Assembly (NCBI GenBank): GCA_963719515.1
Contig: CAVRCJ010000017.1
Span: 64,001 to 128,000 of the forward strand
Source: an uncultured cyanobacterium
GTDB lineage: Bacteria > Cyanobacteriota > Cyanobacteriia > CAKZMO01
Reading direction: 5' to 3'
DNA: 64,000 nucleotides
The position numbers and the translations under genes were made by a program. This document shows, one piece after another, positions 1 to 10,541 of this stretch. The notes under the pieces were generated by a model. The model saw only the letters and a program-made list of their open reading frames with translations, made no database searches and was not told the DNA's origin. Position 1 is the stretch's first letter. Each line of letters opens with the position of its first letter.

Positions 1-1720
1 CCTGAGCTGGTTTCTACCCTCGCTGATTAAATATAAGCGCGTGCTGATCGAGGTGTTTATTGCCTCGTTCTTCGTGCAGCTGTTTGCCTTGGCCAATCCC
101 CTGATGATTCAGGTGATTATCGACCGGGTAATCGTCCAAAACAGCTCCGACACGCTCCAGGTGCTGGGGATCTTCCTGCTGGTAATCGCGGTGTTTGAGG
201 CGGTGCTCACCAGTTTGCGAACGTATCTGTTTGTCGACACCACTAACCGTATTGACTTGGCTCTGGGGTCCGAGATCATCGATCACCTACTGCGGCTGCC
301 CCTGCGCTACTTTGAGCGCCGCCCGGTGGGAGAGCTTTCTACCCGCATCAACGAGCTGGAGAATATCCGGCAGTTCTTGACGGGCACGGCCTTGACGGTG
401 GTGCTAGACGCCATCTTCTCGGTGCTCTACATCGCCGTAATGTTTGTCTACAGCTGGCTGTTGACCCTAGTGTCCCTGGCGACGGTGCCCCTGTTTGTAG
501 GACTGGCGGTGATCGCCTCCCCCGCCATTCGCCGCCAGCTGAGGCTGAAGGCAGAGCGCAACGCCGAAACCCAGTCCTACCTGGTAGAGGTGATGAGCGG
601 CATCCAAACCGTCAAAGCTCAAAATATGGAGCTGAGGGCGCGGTGGCAGTGGCAGCAGCGCTACGCCCGCTACGTCAGCGCCGGATTTAAGACCGTGCTC
701 TTTTCTACGGCAGCCAGCTCTGCCAGCGGCTTCTTTACCAAGCTGTCTGGGCTGCTGGTGCTGTGGGTGGGGGCGTCTTTGGTGCTCAGCGGCGATCTCA
801 CCCTAGGCCAGCTGATCGCCTTTCGCATCATCTCGGGCTATGTGACCACGCCGCTGCTGCGTCTAGCCCAGCTGTGGCAAAACTTCCAGGAGACGGCGCT
901 GTCCATCGAGCGACTGAGCGACATCGTCGACGCCACCCCCGAGGCAGACGAGACCGAGCGCCAGAACATTCCCCTGCCGCCCATCACCGGCATCGTCAAA
1001 TACGAGAACGTCTCCTTCCGCTTTAAGGAAAGCGGCCCGATGGTGCTCAACAACGTCAACGTAGAGTTTGAGCCGGGGGGGTTTATTGGCATCGTGGGGC
1101 AGAGTGGCTCTGGGAAAAGCACCATGACCAAGCTGCTGCCGCGTCTCTATGAGCTGGAAAATGGTCGCATCCTGGTGGACGGCTATGATATCAGCAAAGT
1201 GGAGCTCTACTCTCTGCGTCAGCAAATCGGGATCGTGCCTCAGGAGAGCCTGCTGTTTGAAGGCACTATCCAGGAAAATATCGCCCTCACGATGCCCGAC
1301 GCCTCCTCAGAGGCCATTATCGACGCGGCGAAAGTGGCGGCGGCCCATGATTTTATCATGGAATTGTCGAATGGCTACAATACTAAGGTGGGTGAGCGGG
1401 GTGCCTCTCTCTCCGGCGGCCAGCGCCAGCGCATTGCGATCGCCCGCACCGTGCTAGCGAATCCGCGCATGCTGATCATGGATGAGTCTACCAGCGCCCT
1501 AGACTACGATACCGAGCGCCGCGTCTGCCTCAACCTTGCCGAAGCCTTCCGAGGCCGCACCGTCTTCTTCATCACCCATCGCCTGAGCACCATTCGCAAC
1601 GCCGACACCATCTTGATGATGGACAAAGGCTCCATCGTGGAAACGGGCACCCACCCGGAGCTTATGGATTTGCAGGGACGCTACTACTGTCTCTATCAGC
1701 AGCAAGAGGCCCAGCTGTAA
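1..1720 (+). CDS. Type I secretion ABC transporter, HlyB/peptidase-domain family (5' end outside window)
   Basis: ABC transmembrane region followed by Walker A GQSGSGKST, signature LSGGQRQR and Walker B LIMDE. The frame is open from the window edge and an HlyD-type gene follows. Confidence 0.9.
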   Translation, partial: LSWFLPSLIKYKRVLIEVFIASFFVQLFALANPLMIQVIIDRVIVQNSSDTLQVLGIFLLVIAVFEAVLTSLRTYLFVDTTNRIDLALGSEIIDHLLRLPLRYFERRPVGELSTRINELENIRQFLTGTALTVVLDAIFSVLYIAVMFVYSWLLTLVSLATVPLFVGLAVIASPAIRRQLRLKAERNAETQSYLVEVMSGIQTVKAQNMELRARWQWQQRYARYVSAGFKTVLFSTAASSASGFFTKLSGLLVLWVGASLVLSGDLTLGQLIAFRIISGYVTTPLLRLAQLWQNFQETALSIERLSDIVDATPEADETERQNIPLPPITGIVKYENVSFRFKESGPMVLNNVNVEFEPGGFIGIVGQSGSGKSTMTKLLPRLYELENGRILVDGYDISKVELYSLRQQIGIVPQESLLFEGTIQENIALTMPDASSEAIIDAAKVAAAHDFIMELSNGYNTKVGERGASLSGGQRQRIAIARTVLANPRMLIMDESTSALDYDTERRVCLNLAEAFRGRTVFFITHRLSTIRNADTILMMDKGSIVETGTHPELMDLQGRYYCLYQQQEAQL

Positions 1721-1807
1721 CCTTGATCATCTGCGGCCCTAGAGCCTAAGCCAAGCGACGCGCTAGGCAAATTATCCACTTGCTCACACTAATGACATTA
1801 TCTCGCC

Positions 1808-3409
1808 ATGCAGACACGTCCTAATTCAGAAGCAAACAACTCGCAGCCTAGTGGGGGCAAAGACCAAAACGGCAGCTTACCGGCATCAACGCTCAAAACC
1901 CAGCAAACCGGGGTGGTGCCGCAATCGTCAATTGCTCAGGCCAGCAAAGATAGACCCGCGCGCGCTGAAGTCTTTGACCAGCCCATTGTCCTTAAGCAGA
2001 CGCCGCTGTGGTCCCGGGCCATCTTGTGGGGCATCGTTGGTGTTGTCACCTTTGGATTTACCTGGGCCTGCATCGCTCAGGTGGAAGAGGCCATTCCCGC
2101 AACGGGTGAGCTCAAGCCTTTGGGAACCGTTCACGAACTGCAGCCTTCCGTCGCCGGCAAGGTGGTAGAGGTATTAGTCGAAGATGGCGATCGCGTCAGT
2201 AAGGGCGACCTGCTGGTCAGATTAGACCCCACAGCGGCAGAGTCTGAGCTGGCCTCCCTAGCGCAGGTGCAAAACTCGCTGATTGCTGAAAACCAGTTTT
2301 ACCGGGCTCAGCTGAGCGGGGGAAGCCTGCCATCCTCCGTTGAACTCAGCCAGCTGCAGATTCCGCCAGAGGTTCTAGCTCTAACCTCAAGCCGCACTGC
2401 CCTATTTGAGGAAAATCAGCTCTACGCGTCTTTGCTCACCGGAGAAGCAGCGGCAGCAAACCTCGACCCACTGCAGCGGATTCGGTTAGGGGAGCTGCGG
2501 AACGAGGCCACCTCTCGAATTGCCGCGTCAGAACTTGAAGTAGAGCAGCTCCGGCGGCAGCTCAATCAAACTCGCCAGCAAATCTCAACGGCTCAAGCGA
2601 CCTTCAATATTGAGCAGGGCATCTTGGAGCAAATCGCCCCGCTGGTTGAAGAGGGGGCGCTAGCCGATATCCAGCTTCAGCAGCAGCGGGTTGAGACGCT
2701 GAACCGTCAGGCAGAGCTAGATCGGCTTATTCAGGAGGAGCGCGTTTTAGGAGCCTCCATCGCTCAGGCCGAGCAGCAGCGCAACAACACGGTATCCGCA
2801 TCCCGCAGCGATATTTTGAACCGGATGGCGGAAAACGAGAAGCGGCTTGCCGAGATTGACGGCGAACTGAACAAGCGGATTGTCGAGAACGACAAGCGGA
2901 TTACCGAAATCAAAGGCCAGCTAGCGCAAACCGAGCTACAGCGCAACTACGGCGAACTTCGGGCTCCCATTGATGGGGTTGTGTTTGACCTCCAGGCTCA
3001 AGACGACGGCTTCATCACCGCAAATCCTGATGCGCCTGTTCTCAAAGTTGTGCCAGCCGATGCGCTGCTTGCCGAGGTTTACATCACCAACCAAGATATC
3101 GGTTTTGTGGATGTAGGCATGACGGTGGATGTCCGCATCGACACGTTTCCCTTCAGTGAGTTTGGTGACGTTGAGGGGGAGCTAATCTCGATTGGTGCAG
3201 ATGCTCTGCCGCCGACAGAAGTGCGTCAGTTTTACGCGTTCCCGGCTAAGGTAAGCCTCGAGCAGCAGTACGTCAGCATCAACGGGACCCCCATTGAGCT
3301 CCAGTCCGGTATGTCGATTACCGCAAATATCAAGACCCGCAAGCGCCGCGTAATCACGCTATTCACTGACCTATTTGTTAAGAAGATCGAAGCCCTGAAG
3401 ACTCGGTAA
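1808..3409 (+). CDS. HlyD-family membrane fusion (periplasmic adaptor) protein
   Basis: Single N-terminal TM helix, lipoyl half-motifs (V.DGDRVSKGDLL; LRAPIDGVV), a long coiled coil and the C-terminal beta-barrel motif DIGFV...FPFSEFG. Confidence 0.9.
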   Translation: MQTRPNSEANNSQPSGGKDQNGSLPASTLKTQQTGVVPQSSIAQASKDRPARAEVFDQPIVLKQTPLWSRAILWGIVGVVTFGFTWACIAQVEEAIPATGELKPLGTVHELQPSVAGKVVEVLVEDGDRVSKGDLLVRLDPTAAESELASLAQVQNSLIAENQFYRAQLSGGSLPSSVELSQLQIPPEVLALTSSRTALFEENQLYASLLTGEAAAANLDPLQRIRLGELRNEATSRIAASELEVEQLRRQLNQTRQQISTAQATFNIEQGILEQIAPLVEEGALADIQLQQQRVETLNRQAELDRLIQEERVLGASIAQAEQQRNNTVSASRSDILNRMAENEKRLAEIDGELNKRIVENDKRITEIKGQLAQTELQRNYGELRAPIDGVVFDLQAQDDGFITANPDAPVLKVVPADALLAEVYITNQDIGFVDVGMTVDVRIDTFPFSEFGDVEGELISIGADALPPTEVRQFYAFPAKVSLEQQYVSINGTPIELQSGMSITANIKTRKRRVITLFTDLFVKKIEALKTR

Positions 3410-3504
3410 GCGACGCTAGAGCGCCTCAAAGAGCAGGTCACCCTAGGTTTGGTGAGGATGACTTTCTCAACGCGATCGCTACAGGCGACGATTGGCGCTC
3501 AGCT

Positions 3505-3777
3505 TTACTTAGCGGGGCGATAACGGTGATAGCGAACCTTAAGCCCTAAGATCACCGAGGTAAATATGAGGGTAAAGACGTTGGCCGTAATGACCGGGAC
3601 ATCGTGAATATATGCTCCGTAAATAAGCCACATCAAAATGCCGGTGCACAGCGTAATCAGCATCGCCCAAGAGATATCTTCCGCCGACTTGGAGCGCCAC
3701 ACCTTAACGAGCTGTGGTAAGTAAGCAAGGGTGGTCAGCGAACCCGCCAGCAATCCCAGAGTAGTGGTTTGGTCCAT
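3505..3777 (-). CDS. SemiSWEET/PQ-loop sugar transporter (~90 aa)
   Basis: GLLAGSLTTLAYLPQLVKVWRSKSAEDIS (PQ-loop motif) and 3 TM helices. Start moved to the ATG at 3777 (MDQTTT). Confidence 0.85.
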   Translation of the reverse strand: MDQTTTLGLLAGSLTTLAYLPQLVKVWRSKSAEDISWAMLITLCTGILMWLIYGAYIHDVPVITANVFTLIFTSVILGLKVRYHRYRPAK

Positions 3778-4332
3778 CTTGGTGCAGGTAAATGAGCGAA
3801 ATGATTGAGTACGACGAGAATATATAGGTGGCAAACCCGTAAGCGGCAACCGAGCCGCAGCGCCGCCAGCGATGGTCATCAGAGAGCAGAACAGCCGCCC
3901 CAAAAGGAGGCTTAATCAAGCAATAAGCAATTGCTCAAAATAAAGTTAACACAGCTGTCAGGAGGATGGGAACATTATTCAGGATTAGTCCTGAAGAAAG
4001 GCTTGTCGCTCTATTCCGCGATGCTCTAGAGGTCTATTAGCGCCCTATCACTAGCGTCCTATTGCCCATCAGCGCTCTAGGTGCACGAGATGCGTTTTGG
4101 CCATCGCGTGCCGCATACGCTAAGACAGGATAAAGTCTCAGTGAATTATCTTACCGAAAAGACTTTTTTGAGTATGATTAAGCACTAGCGCCAGAACCGT
4201 CTGCCCCGTCAAATTCAAGCCAGCAGTACCACCTCCTTATGACAGAGGAGTATCTGCTAAGTGCCCATTAGAATGATAAAGTATCAAGCCCTTAAACCGA
4301 ACCGTCGCTCTAAGCCGCAACTTTAAACTGTC

Positions 4333-7248
4333 ATGATTCACAATAGGCAGCGATTGAACGCTCAGCAGGGCTCAAAGCATGGTGAACAGCGTTGGCGACT
4401 GTTGCTGCAGGCCACAGAGGACGGCGTTTTTGATTGGGATATTACAACCGGTGAGATGTTCGTCTCTCAGCAGCTTAAAGCAGCGCTGGGCTACGCTGAG
4501 GATGATCTACCCGACTGCTTTGAGGCCTGGCAAGCGCTGCTCCACCCCGAAGATTGCGATCGCGTTTTAGCGACTATTCAAAGCTATCTCTCGCGATCGA
4601 TTCCGGACTACGAAATTGAGTATCGACTGCGCTGTCAGAGCGGTGACTACTGTTGGATTTTTGCTAGAGGTCAGGCCGTTTGGGACGCCGCCAATCAGCC
4701 GCTGAGGCTAGTGTGCTGTCAGCGAGATATCAGTGACCAAAAGCTGCGCAACGTGATGAAGGCGCGAACTGAGGAGGCCCTTGATCACAGCGAACGTAAG
4801 TTTAGAGGCGCGTTCGATGCCATCACGGCGGGCGTCTGCTTCATGTCGCAGCTCGGCGTCATTACGGATGTCAATCGGTCTCTATGTCAGATGTTGGGAT
4901 ACAGCGCCTCTGAGCTAGTATCCCGCCCCTTCGAGAGTTTTCTGCACCCAGAAGAGCGGTTAACCAGCGACATCTCCGAGCTCCACCGCCTTTTCACAGA
5001 CGGCTGCGGCACGCACACCAGCGAGCGGCGCTTTCGGCATCGGCAGGGGCACCGGGTGTGGGGCGATGTCACGATTACTGTCGTGCATGATCCTCAATAT
5101 CTCGTTGCCCAAGTGGTCGATGTGACCGAGCGCAAGCGGGCAGAGCTAGCCCTAGAACGTAAGCTGGAGCGCGAGCGAACAATAGCCTCAATTGTCAGCC
5201 ACATCCGCCGCACCTTAGACATTGACCAAGTTTTTGCCACCGCCGTCAAAGAGCTGCGGCAAACCCTACGCTGCGATCGCGTCATCATCTACCGCTTCAA
5301 CCCAGACTACAGCGGTACGTTTGTGGCAGAGTCAGCGGCGCAGGAGTGGATTCCGCTACTCACCACCTCCAAGACGGGTGAAAGCATCTCAGCGGTGAGT
5401 AGTGACCCCTGCGTGGTTGCAAAGATGGACGGTCTTGACGACACCGTCACCGATACCTATCTACAGGAGACAAAGGGCGGACGCTATCGTCAAGACAGTC
5501 AGTACCTGTGCGTCAACGACATTTACGAAGCGGGGTTCGACTCCTGCTATGTGGAACTGCTAGAACGATTTCAAGCTCGCGCTTATCTCACCGTACCGCT
5601 ATTTCAGGGGTCTCGCCTGTGGGGGCTGCTGTCGAGCTATCAAAATAGTGGACCTCGCACTTGGGAAGATAACGAGGTGGAGACCATGGTCAAGCTGGGT
5701 GCCCAGCTGGCGATCGCCATCCAGCAGTCTGAGCTGTTTACCCAGCTTCAGCAAACTTCTGCTGAGCTACAAAAGACAACCGCCGTGGCTAATGCAGCCA
5801 ACCAGGCAAAAAGCGAATTTTTAGCCAACATGAGCCATGAGCTACGGACACCGCTCAACATTATTTTAGGAAACACGCAGCTGCTCAGCCGAGAAGCCGA
5901 GAACTCTCAGCTCAAGCAAGACAAGCTGCAGGCGATTCTCCGCAGCGGCGACTATCTGCTGTCGCTGATCAATCAGGTGCTGGATCTATCCAAAATTGAA
6001 GCAAATCAGATGAAGCTGCAGCCCGCATGCTTCAACCTGCCAGAGCTGATGGATGGTCTGCATTTAATGATGGAGCGGCGGGCCACTGGCAAGGGGCTTG
6101 AGTTCGAGATTAGCTTAGCGGAGACGCTACCCACCACTATCTTTGCCGACCGGGGAAAACTCGAGCAAATCCTCGTCAATCTGCTCAGCAACGCCATCAA
6201 GTTTACGGAGCGTGGGCGCGTGCGGCTGCGGGTCTCGCAAAGGGACAATGGGGCGGTAGACCAGGCTGATGTCGCCGACCCGAGCGGGCAGCTTGCTCCA
6301 ATTTGGCTGGAGTTTGAAGTAGAAGATACGGGAATTGGCATCCTCTTCAACCAGCAGCAGTCTATTTTTGATGCCTTTGAGCAAGCCAGCGTCCCGTTTC
6401 CGGTGGGCGGAACCGGGCTAGGGCTGGCCATCAGCCGCCAGTTTGTTGAGCTGATGGACGGCACTATCACCGTACGCAGTACCCTGGGGAAAGGCGCTAC
6501 GTTTGTGGTATCTCTCCCTGTTCATTTGGTAAATTCCCTCCCCCTCGGCGGTGAAACCCATCGTCCCCTCGTGGTTGGAATAGCCGACAGCGACTCATCC
6601 CATAAGGTGCTGATTGTCGACGACATTCCCGAAAGCCGCCATATATTGTCCGAACTGCTAGGGGCCGTTGGGTTTCAAGTCCAGGAAGCCGTCAATGGTG
6701 ATGACGCCGTTGAGCAATGGCGCGCCTGGCAACCCCACCTAATTTTGATGGACATTCGCATGCCTGGCCTGGACGGCCATCAGGCCACTCGACTGATCCG
6801 CGCCCAGGAAGAAGCATCCAATCCGGTCACAATTATTGCCCTCACTGCCAGCGCTTTCAGCGACGATGAGGCTTACGCCATAGAAGCGGGCTGTAACGGG
6901 TTTATTAGCAAGCCCGCCCGAGACTCTGAGCTCCTAGAGGCGATCGCAGAACATTTGCCCGTCACCTACTTCTACCAAACCCCCGTGCTAGAGGACAGCA
7001 GTCTCCCCGAGCTGTCCTCCAGCTTGATGTCTCAGCTGCCGCTGCAGGCGCTGCAGGTGCTGCACCGGGCGGCTATTTTGGGAGACGATGCCGCTATCTT
7101 GACGCTGGTAGAGCAGCTTCCCAAGCGTCACCAGGCGATCGCAGCAGTGGTCAAAGCCCGCGCCGGTCAGTTCGATTTTGAACCCATTGCCGCCGTCACC
7201 CAGACGGCGATTGGAACCATTACTGACTGCCAGGAGGTCGGCTCCTGA
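4333..7248 (+). CDS. Hybrid sensor histidine kinase: PAS-PAS-cyanobacteriochrome GAF-HisKA-HATPase-REC
   Basis: PAS motifs (LHPED, EIEYRLR), GAF with [12 protein letters not shown] and GFDSCY, H-box [14 protein letters not shown]-boxes DTGIG and GTGLGL, receiver LMDIRMP. Confidence 0.9.
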   Translation: MIHNRQRLNAQQGSKHGEQRWRLLLQATEDGVFDWDITTGEMFVSQQLKAALGYAEDDLPDCFEAWQALLHPEDCDRVLATIQSYLSRSIPDYEIEYRLRCQSGDYCWIFARGQAVWDAANQPLRLVCCQRDISDQKLRNVMKARTEEALDHSERKFRGAFDAITAGVCFMSQLGVITDVNRSLCQMLGYSASELVSRPFESFLHPEERLTSDISELHRLFTDGCGTHTSERRFRHRQGHRVWGDVTITVVHDPQYLVAQVVDVTERKRAELALERKLERERTIASIVSHIRRTLDIDQVFATAVKELRQTLRCDRVIIYRFNPDYSGTFVAESAAQEWIPLLTTSKTGESISAVSSDPCVVAKMDGLDDTVTDTYLQETKGGRYRQDSQYLCVNDIYEAGFDSCYVELLERFQARAYLTVPLFQGSRLWGLLSSYQNSGPRTWEDNEVETMVKLGAQLAIAIQQSELFTQLQQTSAELQKTTAVANAANQAKSEFLANMSHELRTPLNIILGNTQLLSREAENSQLKQDKLQAILRSGDYLLSLINQVLDLSKIEANQMKLQPACFNLPELMDGLHLMMERRATGKGLEFEISLAETLPTTIFADRGKLEQILVNLLSNAIKFTERGRVRLRVSQRDNGAVDQADVADPSGQLAPIWLEFEVEDTGIGILFNQQQSIFDAFEQASVPFPVGGTGLGLAISRQFVELMDGTITVRSTLGKGATFVVSLPVHLVNSLPLGGETHRPLVVGIADSDSSHKVLIVDDIPESRHILSELLGAVGFQVQEAVNGDDAVEQWRAWQPHLILMDIRMPGLDGHQATRLIRAQEEASNPVTIIALTASAFSDDEAYAIEAGCNGFISKPARDSELLEAIAEHLPVTYFYQTPVLEDSSLPELSSSLMSQLPLQALQVLHRAAILGDDAAILTLVEQLPKRHQAIAAVVKARAGQFDFEPIAAVTQTAIGTITDCQEVGS

Positions 7249-7401
7249 GCCGGCTGAAGGCGTCAGGCACAAACTTCTCAGCTCTCCTGCGCACAATACT
7301 GTAGTGCGCACTACTATGAAGTCAGGGGTGCTGGTACTGTTCCGCTTATCACCGTCGCTTTTACCTTATTGCGCGCGACGCTTCATTGCCCCAACCCTTC
7401 C

Positions 7402-8964
7402 ATGATGTCAGCTCAGACCCCATCGTCTTCCAGACTATCCGCGCAGTCATCGGCCATGATTTTGGTTGTCGACGACCGGATTGACAATATACATGTTCTC
7501 AGCAAAATTCTAGAGTCTAGCGGCTACCGCGTGAGAAAAGCGACGAGCGGAGCCATGGCGATCCGCAGCGTGGCGGAAGCAGCGCCAGACCTAATTCTTT
7601 TGGATGTCAACATGCCGCTGATGGATGGTTATGCCGTTTGTCAGCACCTGCAGGCCGACCCCGATCTCAAGGCACTGCCCATCATTTTTATTAGCGCTCT
7701 GAGCGACGTTGACAACAAGATTCGGGGGTTTGACGTTGGCGGCGTCGACTACATTACAAAACCGTTTCAGCCCGATGAAGTTCTCGCTCGGGTAAGGCTA
7801 CAGCTCAAGCTGCAAATCCTGCAGCGAGAACTACAGGCCCAGGCCGAGATGCTGCAGCGTCAAAACCAGCAGATGCAGGTAGAAGTAGATCAGCGGCAGC
7901 AGGCCGAGCGGACCTATCGCGGCTTGTTTGAGAACGCAAGCGAAGGGATTTATAAGATTTCTTTGGAAGGAACCTACACTGCGGTTAATCCCAAGCTAGC
8001 CCGGATCTATGGCTATGACTCCCCCCAAGAGATGCTGGCTGACAGCGCCGATGCCAACCAGCACTATGTCGACCTTGAAGGCCGGGATGAACTTCTAGCC
8101 TACGTCAGTCAGTACGGTCAGGTGATGGATGTCGTGTCTCAGGTTCGGCGTCGGGACGGTGAAACAATTTGGCTTTCGGAAAATATCCGCAGCGTCCCCA
8201 AGAGCGATGGAAACATCAGTCACTACGAGGGGACGCTGCAGGATGTGACCGAGCGAGTCTACATTGAGCGAATGCTGGCCCAAGATCGCCAGCGATCGGA
8301 GCGGCTAATTGCCGATCTTTTGCCCCCTCAAGTTGCCCAACGGCTTAAGTCCTCGCCGCAGCCGTTTGCGGATACCGTCGACCCGGTTGGCATTCTATTC
8401 GCCGATTTAGTGAGCTTCACAGAGTTCTCAGCGGTGGCCCCGCCTCAGCATACCGTCGCGCTGCTTAACCAAATTTTCTCGGCATTTGATGAGCTTTTAG
8501 ACCAACACCAGCTAGAGAAAATTAAGACAATCGGAGATGCCTACATGGTCGCTGCTGGCGTCCCCACGCCGCGCCCAGATTATCTAAAGGCGATCGCCCA
8601 GCTTGCCCTGGACATGCAGATCGTTATTCGCCGCTTCTATCGGTCGGACGGTCGGCCTTTCCAGCTGCGAATCGGCATTCATACGGGGTCGGTGGTGGCT
8701 GGCGTGATTGGCAAGCGAAAGTTGACCTTCGACCTTTGGGGACATACCGTCAACTTGGCGAGCCGCCTGGAGGGAATGAGCCCTGCCGGAAAAATTCAGG
8801 TTTCGGCTGAGGTCTACCGACAGCTTCATTCTGAGTTCGTCTTTGAGCCCCGAGACCCAATTTATATTCAGGGAATTGGACCCACCCAAACCTATTTCCT
8901 TTGTGGTCGTCAGGCTGACATCGATGCGCCGAATGCCGTTCGCCGCAATCAGCTTCAGGGCTAG
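7402..8964 (+). CDS. Response regulator-PAS-class III adenylate cyclase
   Basis: Receiver domain (VVDD, LLDVNMP, KPF), PAS and cyclase motifs FADLVSFT, EKIKTIGDAYM and FDLWGHTVNLASR. The Lys/Asp specificity residues point to ATP. Start uncertain (7369-7456). Confidence 0.88.
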   Translation: MMSAQTPSSSRLSAQSSAMILVVDDRIDNIHVLSKILESSGYRVRKATSGAMAIRSVAEAAPDLILLDVNMPLMDGYAVCQHLQADPDLKALPIIFISALSDVDNKIRGFDVGGVDYITKPFQPDEVLARVRLQLKLQILQRELQAQAEMLQRQNQQMQVEVDQRQQAERTYRGLFENASEGIYKISLEGTYTAVNPKLARIYGYDSPQEMLADSADANQHYVDLEGRDELLAYVSQYGQVMDVVSQVRRRDGETIWLSENIRSVPKSDGNISHYEGTLQDVTERVYIERMLAQDRQRSERLIADLLPPQVAQRLKSSPQPFADTVDPVGILFADLVSFTEFSAVAPPQHTVALLNQIFSAFDELLDQHQLEKIKTIGDAYMVAAGVPTPRPDYLKAIAQLALDMQIVIRRFYRSDGRPFQLRIGIHTGSVVAGVIGKRKLTFDLWGHTVNLASRLEGMSPAGKIQVSAEVYRQLHSEFVFEPRDPIYIQGIGPTQTYFLCGRQADIDAPNAVRRNQLQG

Positions 8965-9006
8965 ATTGAGTTACTTTTAAAGAGCGTTGATATTGGGGAG
9001 CAAACC

Positions 9007-9696
9007 ATGCCTGAAGGACCGATAGCGCAGTCGGCAGAGCCTAACTTCACCATAGAAAACGCTTTAGATCGCATTGCTCCCGCAATGCAGGCTTACCCCA
9101 AGGCGGCTATGTTTGCTCTAGCAGATGAGGGATTTGACAGCCTCTTCGAGCAGCTGGTCTCCTGCATCATTTCCATTCGCACTTACGACGAGGTGAGCCT
9201 ACCCGCTTCTCAACGACTGTTTACGAAAGCCCGCATCCCTGAGGCGATCGCGGCGCTGCCTGCCGCTGAGGTCGAGGCGCTCATTCAGCCCAGCACCTAT
9301 GCAGAGCGCAAGGCAGGGCAGATTGTGGCGATGGCCCAGCGGATTGTAGAGGAGCACAGCGGCGTGCTGCCTGCCAAAGTTGAGGTGTTGCGGGACTTTA
9401 AAGGTGTTGGTCCTAAGTGCGCTCACCTAGCCCTCGGCACTGGAGCGGGATTGCCCTATATTAGCGTTGACACCCATGTGCACCGCGTCGTCAATCGTTG
9501 GGGACTGGTGGAGACCAAAACGCCCGAGAAAACTTTGACCGCTATAGAGCGCCAGCTCCCTCAGACGCGCTGGGTCGACGTGAACCGAATCTTGATGCCC
9601 TTTGGCAAATACCTCTGTACGACAACAGCGCCCCAGTGTTCAAGTTGTCCAGTCGAGGCAGATTGTGCGCAAGCTAGTGTTTCTGGCCGCAGGTAA
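9007..9696 (+). CDS. nth: Endonuclease III-like HhH-GPD DNA glycosylase
   Basis: HhH motif FKGVGPKCA, VDTHVHRV and the C-terminal 4Fe-4S motif C-x6-C-x2-C-x5-C. Confidence 0.8.
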   Translation: MPEGPIAQSAEPNFTIENALDRIAPAMQAYPKAAMFALADEGFDSLFEQLVSCIISIRTYDEVSLPASQRLFTKARIPEAIAALPAAEVEALIQPSTYAERKAGQIVAMAQRIVEEHSGVLPAKVEVLRDFKGVGPKCAHLALGTGAGLPYISVDTHVHRVVNRWGLVETKTPEKTLTAIERQLPQTRWVDVNRILMPFGKYLCTTTAPQCSSCPVEADCAQASVSGRR

Positions 9697-9899
9697 AGCT
9701 CTACCTACATACCACAGCAAGCACCCAAAAGCTAGCACCATCTTGCCAACATTCCCGGATTTCTCCGGAAAAGTCGCTCTAATTTAGAAATAGTAATCAA
9801 CAAATCGTTTAGAGATTTGCAAACTATATAAAATGCCTTTGAGCTATTGACATTTGGCTCTCATAGGCGATCGCAACTAAAGCTTACTGAGTAACCCCT

Positions 9900-10133
9900 A
9901 TGACTTACTCCGCTGAATTGAATTCTGCGTTAGATGCCCCTAGCTATTACCACCTCAATCATTGGGCCGTCATTCGCCTGATGCCCAACATGCAGCGCGC
10001 CGTCCTGACTCGCTTTCGGACGCGCTCTGATGCAGATGGGCATATGAAGTTTCTACGCACCCACAGTCCGCAAAGCAGGTTTCAGGTCGTTTTTGACCCA
10101 CTATCCGCTAGTGATAAATTTCCCTCTCGATAA
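9900..10133 (+). CDS. Small hypothetical protein (77 aa) of a recurring cyanobacterial type
   Basis: ATG start and a W..IRL.PNMQR....RFR.RSDADGH pattern recalled from cyanobacterial hypotheticals. Function unknown. Confidence 0.6.
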   Translation: MTYSAELNSALDAPSYYHLNHWAVIRLMPNMQRAVLTRFRTRSDADGHMKFLRTHSPQSRFQVVFDPLSASDKFPSR

Positions 10134-10148
10134 GCTATGGGGAATGGG

Positions 10149-10532
10149 GTGACATCCTCCCGACGCTGACAGCAAGCTGTACAGCGCGGGCTTCCTCAGT
10201 GACTCCCAGCTATTGCCGAGACATATCCTGAGATAGGTTTATACTCCGCCTGATGCCCCACGGCAGAGTTTTGAATTTTCATCTCCGCGAGGGAGGATAC
10301 GCACTATGTGTCGCAGATACATTTGCAAACTGAGGAACGGGTGACTTGCAGCTTTCGCCTACGGGCCCGTCACACTCTTTGCGGGGTGTATCACCTTGCT
10401 ATCTCTATCATACCAACTGCTAGCCTCAGCGCTGAGCGCACTATCCGCTGTGCATCATTTTGCGGGCGCACTTCGGCTAGCGCGACTCTCATCCCGACGC
10501 TCACCCTGAGCGGGTAGAGCGCGGGGCTTCTC
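10149..10532 (-). mobile_element. Non-autonomous IS200/IS605-type element (MITE/PATE-like), copy 1
   Basis: Near-identical to 50011-50393 in opposite orientation. Subterminal hairpins at both ends, right end ...GGATGTCAC, ACTAGAC immediately left of the element, no target-site duplication, no credible ORF. Confidence 0.85.
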
Positions 10533-10541
10533 GTCTAGTCG

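Noticed and set aside
4274..4286. TGATA-AAG-TATCA palindrome upstream of the kinase as a Fur-type box
   Set aside because: Too short and too far from consensus to support a call.
10308..10517. 69-aa ORF, and its 78-aa twin at 49998-50234
   Set aside because: Both lie antisense within the repeated mini-element, their stops differ between copies, and they have no transposase motifs.
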